Origin: a virus
Direction: 5' to 3' (one strand)
IMG/VR virus record: IMGVR_UViG_3300042197_004429
Span: 32,001 to 96,000 of that record
Length of the DNA: 64,000 nucleotides
The notes below the pieces were generated by a model. It was not told the origin of the DNA. It ran no database searches and was given only the letters and a program-made list of their open reading frames with translations. Made by a program: the position numbers and the translations under genes. Position 1 is the first letter of the stretch; every line of letters begins with the position of its first letter. Shown here one piece after another: positions 27,763 through 35,556 of this stretch.

Positions 27763-29916
27763 ATGAATTATAGAAGATTAAGAAGAACAAAAGATAGAGC
27801 AAGACTTTATTTGGATTTTGATGGTAAATGTGCTGAGTGTGGAGTTGATCTTCAAAAATGGCATGCCGACCATAAAATACCATTTAAGTTGACACGATGT
27901 ACAGAGTATGTTAATATGCAACCATTATGTCCTCCTTGTAATCTTAAGAAAGGCTCGAAAGTGTTAAGTCTTAAAAATAGAAGTTATTATGAATCATTAA
28001 ATCTTGGTTTGCATGTCGATATTGTTCCTTTCCGCATTGGGCAGAGAGGTGCATTTAATTGCATTGTCGAAAAGGTTATGGATAACTCTCAAACCATAAG
28101 CATTGTTCTTCCTACTCGTTATGGAAAGAGTGATGTGATGAGAGCAACAGCAATTGAGCTAATCGAAAGAGGAATCGCAGATTCTGCAATTCTTGCGGCT
28201 CCATGTCGATTTTTGCGGGATCAATTGTGTCGTAAGAAAAAAATTGACGAAATGGTTAATCGGTATACAATTGTAACAAGAAGTCGTCCCATTGCTTATG
28301 ACATAATGGAAAACTTTAGGCTGCCAATCTTTCAGAACGAAGAATATTTTGTTGCTCTCTGCACTCAAATGTTGGCGAATAAAGCAGATGAGATTTGTGG
28401 TTATATTCGATTACGAGTAAAAAAATCTGGGAAACCAGTTTTAGTTTATATTGATGAATCCCACACTTCTTCAGAAAAAAATGTATGGGGTGCTGTGGTG
28501 CCAAAAATTGTCGAAGCTGGTGGCATTGTCACTCTTTCCACAGCGACTCCGTATCGTGATAATGGACAAAAAATTCCCGGCTTCAAATGTGTTGTCGAAC
28601 CAAAACGTGAGCGATTACGTTATGTTCCAAGACAACATGAGGATCCAAGTAAATATTATCTTGATATTTACAAGGATTTAGAAGGAGAAATTAAATTGGA
28701 AGCCGATTATGAATATACATTTAAATCAGCTTGGGCAGAGGGAGATGTTCTTTGTAAAGTTGGTCTTCGTGAGTTTGATGTCATAGTGAAGATTCCTGAT
28801 GGAAATTCTAGTGATCCAGACAAAATGAAGGAATTAAAAATTTCTGAAATGACTCCAACTGAATGTAGTAAATATTTTAGCCGTGTGACTAGGGACACTA
28901 AAGTAATCAAACAAGGAGTCTTTGAACTTGTAAAAAGATTGAGAGAGTATCGGCTGTACGAGCCTCAGACGCAGGCAATCATTTTCTGTGGGAATGATAT
29001 TGACGAAGAAGATGATGGACACGCTAAGCAGATTGCCGCTGAAATAGGTTTTCAAGATACCTCTTTCAAGGTTATTATTGCTACATCTAAGCAAGATTCG
29101 GCTGATGAATTAATTAAGGATTTTGGGGACGGGAAAGGCGATATCCTGATTGTTAAACAGATGGCAAGTTTAGGGATGGATATTCCTCCAATTAAGATTG
29201 GTCTTGATCTATCCTCCGTCCGTACACTTGCTGCTTTTGTGCAAAGAATGATGAGAACTGCCACTATGTGGGGTAAAAATCAGACTGCTCATTTGATAAT
29301 GCCCTCTGATGTCAATGGGCAAGCATTATGGAAGGGATTTATTGAAGAAAATGGTGGAGCAATGACAAGTCATGAAACGACTAAACTTGACACCATAGAA
29401 AAGGATAAGCAAGATCGAGATCCAAGCAAGAAAACATTTGAAGTAGTAAGAACAGAAGATGCGATATTATCCGATTCATGTGGAGATGGAACATCTAGTA
29501 GCTCTGAGTATGATGACTTTGCCCTACCATTGATTCTTGCACTTCCGAAAATTCAAGCGGTTTATAGCGACCATGAACTGGTTAGTTATGGTAAAAAAAT
29601 TGGAAAAGATGCTCTTGGTCGTCTAACTCCTATCGCTAAGGTTCCTACACGAGATATTACCGAGCAGAGAATTCTACTGAAAAACAGGATAGAGAATCTT
29701 CGTAAAGAAATAGCATCTCAAAAATTTCACTATCGTAGCGACACAGAAAGTTGGAGAGCAGAGATGAGGAGTTGTCTTAATAAGGCTAAAAGAAAGTTTG
29801 GAATTGCATTGCAAACAAAGTTAGATAAAATTACCAAAATCGAAACGCTAAACCAAATTGTTGGATTTCTTGAGGAAGAAAAGAATAATGCAACAAAAGT
29901 AGTTGTGCAGGAGTAG
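27763..29916 (+). CDS. HNH endonuclease-SF2 (ResIII-like) helicase fusion
   Basis: CAEC...HADHKIP...NMQPLCPPCNLKKG; LPTRYGKS, YIDESH, STATPYR, GMDIP, QRMMR. Confidence 0.85.
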   Translation: MNYRRLRRTKDRARLYLDFDGKCAECGVDLQKWHADHKIPFKLTRCTEYVNMQPLCPPCNLKKGSKVLSLKNRSYYESLNLGLHVDIVPFRIGQRGAFNCIVEKVMDNSQTISIVLPTRYGKSDVMRATAIELIERGIADSAILAAPCRFLRDQLCRKKKIDEMVNRYTIVTRSRPIAYDIMENFRLPIFQNEEYFVALCTQMLANKADEICGYIRLRVKKSGKPVLVYIDESHTSSEKNVWGAVVPKIVEAGGIVTLSTATPYRDNGQKIPGFKCVVEPKRERLRYVPRQHEDPSKYYLDIYKDLEGEIKLEADYEYTFKSAWAEGDVLCKVGLREFDVIVKIPDGNSSDPDKMKELKISEMTPTECSKYFSRVTRDTKVIKQGVFELVKRLREYRLYEPQTQAIIFCGNDIDEEDDGHAKQIAAEIGFQDTSFKVIIATSKQDSADELIKDFGDGKGDILIVKQMASLGMDIPPIKIGLDLSSVRTLAAFVQRMMRTATMWGKNQTAHLIMPSDVNGQALWKGFIEENGGAMTSHETTKLDTIEKDKQDRDPSKKTFEVVRTEDAILSDSCGDGTSSSSEYDDFALPLILALPKIQAVYSDHELVSYGKKIGKDALGRLTPIAKVPTRDITEQRILLKNRIENLRKEIASQKFHYRSDTESWRAEMRSCLNKAKRKFGIALQTKLDKITKIETLNQIVGFLEEEKNNATKVVVQE

Positions 29917-29917
29917 T

Positions 29918-30186
29918 TTGTTAGTTCAACGAGTTTATAAGACTGAAATCAGTCCAAATAACAAGCAGCGGACTCTCTTGATGAAAAATGCAGGAACGGC
30001 CCGCTTTGCTTACAATTGGACATTGAACCTCAAGAAAACTGCATTCGATAACAAAATCAAAATCCCTAATGCAATCGAGCTATTGACAGGAATTTAAATG
30101 CCTCTTACAATCTTGAGTCGTATAAAAACCATCAGTTTGACGGGAATAAACGCTCACGGAGAAGTAAGATCTGGTCTTGCGAGTAG
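29918..30186 (+). pseudogene. tnpB: Internally deleted tnpB (N-terminal helical region joined out of frame to C-terminal IDRNLNASYNL)
   Basis: AGGAG SD; YKTEISPNNKQRTLLMKNAGTARFAYNW matches the intact TnpB N-terminus; the next frame gives the DRDxNAAxN-type terminal motif. Confidence 0.85.
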
Positions 30187-30302
30187 CAAGATTAAATTGA
30201 CTTCGTAGAAATGAGAATAAAATATGAGATTATCAAATGGTAGCGATTTTGTCTCTACCTAGATTTCCATATATTTTTAGGAACGGTTGGGTAACCCACA
30301 GG
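30128..30302 (+). ncRNA. Putative TnpB omegaRNA (scaffold to 30286, guide ~30287-30302)
   Basis: CCATCA/TGACGG hairpin, CTCA..GAAGT / ACTTC..TGAG nested stem, TCTTGC/GCAAGA and GGTAG/CTACC hairpins; same layout as the 39074-39222 omegaRNA. Confidence 0.65.
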
Positions 30303-30309
30303 TTTTAAA

Positions 30310-30810
30310 ATGGAACGTAGATCAAAAGATGTTTTGGGAATGGTCAACTTTCCCATTGATTCTCAAGAATACTCAAGCACCAATGAAGGCGGAATGTTTG
30401 TTCAACTTTGGTGTTTTGAAGATGATAAGTTCTCTGATGAATCTGTTTATTATGGTTCCACATACAGCACGATGAGCGAAAGCCTCATTGGCACAGATAC
30501 AGAAGTGAACACAGATAATTTTCATGAAATTGAACAAGGCAAAAATTTTATGGATTGGGTACAAAGTTTTGCTCTTGAGGAACAATTGTTTCCTAATATT
30601 AAAAAAGAAGTTGACCATCAATATTTGTCAAAAGAACTCATTGCTTGTGTTACTTTAGGCTGCACAGGTTGGAGCGGCGCTAATAAAGACCATGATTATT
30701 GGCGATGTAAATACGAAGACCTTAATGAGGGTGGTAAATCAATTTATAATTCACTAAAATCAGCTTATCCCAAAGCGAAACTTGTTTTGGTGACTTGGCT
30801 TGACACTTAA
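30310..30810 (+). CDS. Hypothetical protein
   Basis: 166 aa ORF. Confidence 0.65.
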   Translation: MERRSKDVLGMVNFPIDSQEYSSTNEGGMFVQLWCFEDDKFSDESVYYGSTYSTMSESLIGTDTEVNTDNFHEIEQGKNFMDWVQSFALEEQLFPNIKKEVDHQYLSKELIACVTLGCTGWSGANKDHDYWRCKYEDLNEGGKSIYNSLKSAYPKAKLVLVTWLDT

Positions 30811-30824
30811 ATCAGGAGATTTTT

Positions 30825-31517
30825 ATGGGAATGTTTGATTATGTAAAAGTAGAAGATCAAATTGATTTACCAAAACCCGAGTGTTTTGAATCTTTTGATA
30901 AAAATATTAAAGATTTTGAATTTCAAACTAAATCTTTAGAAAATTGTATGAATACTTATTTCTTGTCAAATGACAAACATCTTTACAAAGATGATTTTTA
31001 TGATGAGCAAGATGTTCGAAAACAAAGAAGACAATTAATAGATTTTCACGGAATAATTAAATTTGGAGCGTACCACCCAACAGACTTGGTTGACTATTCA
31101 GTCGAGTATGAAGCAAAATTTACAAATGGAATCTTAGAAGATATCAAACTGGTAGATTGTAAAGTTTATAATCATGAGTCTAGAAAATTAAAAAATGACG
31201 AAATCAAACAACAGCAGGATAGAAAAAGACAAAAATTTTCTTATAAATTAAGAAACTTAATTAGAAAATCTTTGTCTTTTTTTGGAATTCAAAACAATCT
31301 TGTTTTTACAACTCCAGAAGTTGTTTTCTTTGTTAATTCCGACACACCAGAACTAGTAAATTTTAAAAGAACCAAATATGGTTTATATATCGACAACATC
31401 GGAACGGGATTTTACTTTAGGAAAACAGACTATCTTTTTGAAGTTTGTTTTAAAATTTTAGGATTTGGTTTCAAATATAATTGGTACAAACCTGTTAGTT
31501 TTGAGGAATCAAAATGA
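30825..31517 (+). CDS. Conserved phage hypothetical protein
   Basis: AGGAG SD; MGMFDY...FQTKSL. Confidence 0.7.
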   Translation: MGMFDYVKVEDQIDLPKPECFESFDKNIKDFEFQTKSLENCMNTYFLSNDKHLYKDDFYDEQDVRKQRRQLIDFHGIIKFGAYHPTDLVDYSVEYEAKFTNGILEDIKLVDCKVYNHESRKLKNDEIKQQQDRKRQKFSYKLRNLIRKSLSFFGIQNNLVFTTPEVVFFVNSDTPELVNFKRTKYGLYIDNIGTGFYFRKTDYLFEVCFKILGFGFKYNWYKPVSFEESK

Positions 31518-31774
31518 AAGATTTTTTTCTAATACTATCTTATTATTTGGTTATTTTGTTATGTCTGGCTATCCTTGTTTACCCATTTGTTCTTGTGGCT
31601 ATGGCTGATCGCAAAAACCCAGCAGATTATCAAGAAGTTACGAGTAATTATCATTTGCCTCCAGAACTCAAAGGATGTAAAATTTTTGTGTTAGGTGGGC
31701 AATGGTCGGCCACAAATCCCTTGTGGGTTATCGTTCCTCCTCAAGGATTAGAACGACCTTTGATCATTGATTGA
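31514..31774 (+). CDS. Membrane-anchored hypothetical protein
   Basis: N-terminal TM. Confidence 0.6.
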   Translation: MKDFFLILSYYLVILLCLAILVYPFVLVAMADRKNPADYQEVTSNYHLPPELKGCKIFVLGGQWSATNPLWVIVPPQGLERPLIID

Positions 31775-31786
31775 AGAAAGCTAATT

Positions 31787-32515
31787 TTGATGAAGATACT
31801 CGCTGAAATCATAGCCGGAAGTCACCTGTATGGATTATCCACACCAGAATCGGATGTGGATAAGCGTGGTGTTTTTCTAAACACAGAGCCTGGAAAAATT
31901 TTAGGCTTAAATAGATTTGAAGTCTTAAAAAAATCAAACGAAGACACTGTTTATTTTGAGTTAGTTCATTATCTTCATGGTTTAAAAAAAACTAATACTC
32001 AAATGGTGGAGATGATATTTGCCGAAGAGTCAGATTTTGTTTTTTTATCAGATGAATTTAAACAAATACGAGAACAAAAATATAATTTAATTGATAGTGA
32101 ATATCTTTACAAAAGTTTGTTAGGATATATTCAAAATGAAAAAAAACTAGCAAACGGAGAAAGAACTGGAAATTTGGGCAGTAAAAGAAAAAACACATTA
32201 GATGCTTTTGGTTATAGTCCTAAGAATTTTTCTCACCTTTTTAGGTTGTCTTTTTGTGGTCAAACTTTTTTTGAAACTGGCGTCTACCCAGTTAACCTGA
32301 ATCGATTTGATAAACAGTTCAGAGATCTTGTTTTCTCCATAAAAACAGAGCCTGAAAAATACAATAAAGAATATTTGAATATGTTATGCGAAAAATCATT
32401 GCAAAAATTAACAATATCGTTCAACAACAGAAAAGATAACTTTAAATTTGACGTTTCTTTGGCTAATGAGTTTTGCAGAAAATTTTACCTTCCTTTTTTG
32501 GAAACAAGCTATTGA
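31787..32515 (+). CDS. Pol-beta superfamily nucleotidyltransferase (RlaP/Nuc-transf-like)
   Basis: IAGSHLYGLSTPESDVDKRGVF, HLFRL. Confidence 0.85.
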   Translation: MMKILAEIIAGSHLYGLSTPESDVDKRGVFLNTEPGKILGLNRFEVLKKSNEDTVYFELVHYLHGLKKTNTQMVEMIFAEESDFVFLSDEFKQIREQKYNLIDSEYLYKSLLGYIQNEKKLANGERTGNLGSKRKNTLDAFGYSPKNFSHLFRLSFCGQTFFETGVYPVNLNRFDKQFRDLVFSIKTEPEKYNKEYLNMLCEKSLQKLTISFNNRKDNFKFDVSLANEFCRKFYLPFLETSY

Positions 32516-32542
32516 CAAAAAAAATAAAATAATTAATATATA
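32512..32542 (+). promoter_or_regulatory. Putative sigma70-type promoter for ncRNA
   Basis: TTGACA followed by AT-rich TAATAT/TATATA at 16-19 nt spacing. Confidence 0.5.
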
Positions 32543-32550
32543 GTCTTATT

Positions 32551-32699
32551 GCCAGTAGGGGTTGGTTGTTGTGTCACCCCTTGCTGGTTGTTAGATGTTG
32601 TCAACTTACCGGCAAAGTTGACCGCTGTTCAGCCGGTTAACAGCGTTACGTCCCCCACCGGGTAGAGAACCTCGTCCCTTCTCCCCGGTGGGGTTTTTT
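32551..32699 (+). ncRNA. Unclassified structured ncRNA candidate
   Basis: GC-rich intergenic island: 5' hairpin, three-way junction with complementary loops, terminal hairpin + T6. Confidence 0.7.
32653..32699 (+). terminator. Intrinsic terminator
   Basis: CCCCACCGGG/CCCGGTGGGG stem followed by TTTTTT. Confidence 0.8.
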
Positions 32700-32713
32700 G
32701 TTATAATATTTTT

Positions 32714-33667
32714 ATGAGTTGGCAAGAAAAAATACAATTATTGCGATTAGGTGATTATGAAAAAGGTTGGCCTGATCACGAAGACGTTGTGGTCGGAACT
32801 GGTAGTAACGTCTTTTGTTCCTCCCCAGATTACGGCAAGCCGGTTTGGTGTGGTCAAAAAGAGGATATTGTTCTATTGATAGATGCTCTTTTTGGTGATG
32901 GTGACACCATTCAATTTTTTAGATTTGTTGAAGAGGCTAGAAAAAGAGTTAAAAAAATAATTTTACATTGTAATCAAGAGTTTGATAATTTATTTAGCGA
33001 ATTTGAGGTCTCAGATAAACAAAAACATCCATTAAATTTTGATAAAGTTATTCATATGATGGCTTTGCCAAAAGTTTTAAAAATTAAAAAAAATGAAATA
33101 AAAGGTTTTCCATATTTAACGCCAAACGACGCCGCTTCTCCAAACCCAGCAATTCAAGTTTTGCCCTTGTTAAAATTTCCAAAAGTTGGAGTTTGTTGGT
33201 GTGGCAATCCATTTAATGCTCTTGATTACAAAAGATCAGTACCTGTTAATTTGCTTGAAATTTTGAATGTTTGTGACAATTTCAAATTTTTTAGTTTGTG
33301 TAGAATTTTTGGTCCCCCAAAAAATTATTTTGATTATCGAAATGCAATGACAGATTGGAACCAAACAGCACACTTGGTTAAAAATATGGATTTGGTGATT
33401 ACTGTAGATACATCGGTGGCCCACCTAGCAGGATCTATGGGCGTGAAGACTTGGCTTTTGTTGGACCCTGAGGTTGGTGAATGGAGATGGGGAGATGATC
33501 AAAAAACAATTTGGTACGATAGCGTACAAGTATTTAGAAAGAAAAACGACTGGCGAACATTGCTTTCTGAGTTGAGCGAGATCTTAAAAGTATTTTTAGA
33601 GGATCATCAAAAAAATAAAAAAGAATGCATTTGTAAACCGTCAGCTATTCTTGAGTCTTTTATTTAG
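32714..33667 (+). CDS. GT9/heptosyltransferase-like glycosyltransferase (TPR-GT catalytic domain without TPRs)
   Basis: FGDGDTIQFFRF, VGVCWCGNP, DLVITVDTSVAHLAGSMG, WRWG, WYDSVQVFR. Confidence 0.8.
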   Translation: MSWQEKIQLLRLGDYEKGWPDHEDVVVGTGSNVFCSSPDYGKPVWCGQKEDIVLLIDALFGDGDTIQFFRFVEEARKRVKKIILHCNQEFDNLFSEFEVSDKQKHPLNFDKVIHMMALPKVLKIKKNEIKGFPYLTPNDAASPNPAIQVLPLLKFPKVGVCWCGNPFNALDYKRSVPVNLLEILNVCDNFKFFSLCRIFGPPKNYFDYRNAMTDWNQTAHLVKNMDLVITVDTSVAHLAGSMGVKTWLLLDPEVGEWRWGDDQKTIWYDSVQVFRKKNDWRTLLSELSEILKVFLEDHQKNKKECICKPSAILESFI

Positions 33668-34011
33668 TTTTTTTTCAAAACTTTGTTTTTGATTTCGGCT
33701 TCTTCAACTCTTGAACTTTTTAAAAGCCATTCTAGAAGATTGTTTTTTTCTCTTCTTGTGAAGAGTGTAATTTCATATTGATTATTTGTTTTATCGACTT
33801 GACGTATTTCTTTGAGTCGGCAGTCCACAGGCACAATTTGCCTTAAAGCAAAAAAAGGATCTTCGTTATCTTTTAAACTTACAACAACTTTGATTTCTTG
33901 TTGGGCAAATTCGTTATATCCTATTGTTCCTAGTGTAACCAATAAAGCGAGACACGCAATTCCTGCTAGTATTTTGTCTAACACAATATTTAACTTTATT
34001 TTTTCTATCAT
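33664..34011 (-). CDS. Membrane-anchored hypothetical protein
   Basis: TM segment; AGGTAG SD; GATAAATA upstream. Confidence 0.65.
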   Translation of the reverse strand: MIEKIKLNIVLDKILAGIACLALLVTLGTIGYNEFAQQEIKVVVSLKDNEDPFFALRQIVPVDCRLKEIRQVDKTNNQYEITLFTRREKNNLLEWLLKSSRVEEAEIKNKVLKKN

Positions 34012-34054
34012 AATCTACCTTTTAATTATTTATCACCAATTTCATAAATATTGT

Positions 34055-34513
34055 ATGTCTTCTTTCAAAGAATTTAATAATTTTATTGATTCTATAATAA
34101 ATGAGTTTGATAACAATCAAACTCAACCAGTTCAATTGCAGCCGCAGCAACAAAATATCGAGGTTGAAGAAAAACTCTGGTCGGCTAAAAAAGCGGACAT
34201 TTTGAGATTTTGGAAAACACTTAAACCCGACATGCCCATAGTAATAAAACCCATGACAGAAAAGCCAGACGGTGTTGAACGATCAAGTTACGGAGAAGAT
34301 GGAATAAGAATCTCAGGATCTTATGAGTTCATAGTTTCTGTGCTTGGTAAAATAAAACAAATTTTGACTTATGAAAACCCAAACACAAGACTGAGACTTA
34401 TTTTTAGGGCTGTTGATCGTAGTAAATTATTAGTACCTAATAAAAGATCATACGTATTTTATATTAATTTAGAAAATAGATCTAAAAAAAGAAAAAGAAA
34501 AAATATAATCTAA
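34055..34513 (+). CDS. Hypothetical protein, CTS-like N-terminus
   Basis: MSSFKEFNNFIDSIINE; CATAAATA 5 nt upstream. Confidence 0.65.
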   Translation: MSSFKEFNNFIDSIINEFDNNQTQPVQLQPQQQNIEVEEKLWSAKKADILRFWKTLKPDMPIVIKPMTEKPDGVERSSYGEDGIRISGSYEFIVSVLGKIKQILTYENPNTRLRLIFRAVDRSKLLVPNKRSYVFYINLENRSKKRKRKNII

Positions 34514-34528
34514 AAACTAATATATTCT

Positions 34529-34732
34529 ATGCGTATAGAAGACATTAAAAAATTAAACGACGATTTGGTTGATTTTGAAAAAGATATTAACAAAGTCACC
34601 GTCAATATTGTCGTTAAAGATGGACAAAAGCCCTCAGATCTTTTGCAGAAAATAAAAAAAATGGGCTACGCAGCTTTTCTTAGAGCGGATGCTTTTGGAA
34701 TAGAAATTGTGATCACTGATTCTTTGAAGTGA
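34529..34732 (+). CDS. Hypothetical protein
   Basis: 67 aa ORF. Confidence 0.55.
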   Translation: MRIEDIKKLNDDLVDFEKDINKVTVNIVVKDGQKPSDLLQKIKKMGYAAFLRADAFGIEIVITDSLK

Positions 34733-34851
34733 TTTTTGAATCGATACACGATTGAATAATCTCTGCGATTATTTATTATAAATATGTTGTGTAAAAACAT
34801 ACAAGATTTATCTTCGTATAAAATTTTCATAGCTTCCCCAGGATGGGGATT

Positions 34852-35556
34852 TCATGGATGGTTTTGCATGATGCAAAGAGGCAAGGATGCCTCAATTTTT
34901 TTTGCAATAACTAAAATATAACTTCTATTTGCTTTTAATTGATAATTTTTATTTTCTTTTTTAATATTAATTTTTTCTAGATAATCTTCAATATATTTTT
35001 TATTAGAAAATTTTTGTTTGTAATTTTCTTCCTTTATTTCTACTTTAAATTTTGAAAAATATTCAAATATTTCTTGTTTAGAAAAAAATATTTTTTCTCT
35101 AGTTTTTAAATCTAATAAATTATTTAAATCACTTTTTTCTTGAATCCTTAATATCGCTAATCCGCCTTTTTTTAACCTATTGATGAAGATATCAGATAGG
35201 TGGCTTAGATTAACGTAATCTTTTCTTATGGCACAATCACTCACTATCACATCAAATGATTTGTTTATCTTTTTCCAAGAAACTGGGTCGCCAAAATCTC
35301 CAGAAACAAAATTAATTGAAGAATTTAACTCAGAAGATTTTTCAATTAAATTTTTGCATAAATCTATTCCATAAACTTTTTTAAATAAAGGTTCGATATA
35401 TTTTGTTAACCGACCACCGGCACACCCTAAGTCAATCGCAATTGAGTCTTTGTTTTGATGTTTGTAAATTTCTTGCCGAAGTATATTTGGAACTTTACTT
35501 TTTTTTAGCCAATATTGTTCGTTAGGACTCAGGCCATTGGTGGTCGATTTTTCCAT
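34852..35556 (-). CDS. Class I SAM-dependent methyltransferase
   Basis: AIDLGCAGG, VYGIDL, FDVIVSD, LKKGG. Confidence 0.8.
   Translation of the reverse strand: MEKSTTNGLSPNEQYWLKKSKVPNILRQEIYKHQNKDSIAIDLGCAGGRLTKYIEPLFKKVYGIDLCKNLIEKSSELNSSINFVSGDFGDPVSWKKINKSFDVIVSDCAIRKDYVNLSHLSDIFINRLKKGGLAILRIQEKSDLNNLLDLKTREKIFFSKQEIFEYFSKFKVEIKEENYKQKFSNKKYIEDYLEKINIKKENKNYQLKANRSYILVIAKKIEASLPLCIMQNHP

Larger units (their letters stand above)
27641..30286 (+). mobile_element. Non-autonomous IS607-like element carrying an HNH-helicase gene
   Basis: Right end ...TTTTTAGGAACGG after tnpB remnant and omegaRNA; joining CATGG (27640) to 30287 restores CPVHG-WVTHRF* with its stop 1 nt before the next ATG; similar TTTC..TA.ATT..TAG words near both ends. 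Confidence 0.6.

Noticed and set aside
32551-32699. tRNA, hammerhead or purine riboswitch call for the ncRNA
   Set aside because: No anticodon/T-arm cloverleaf, no CUGAUGA/GAAA core, and no purine-riboswitch junction sequences.
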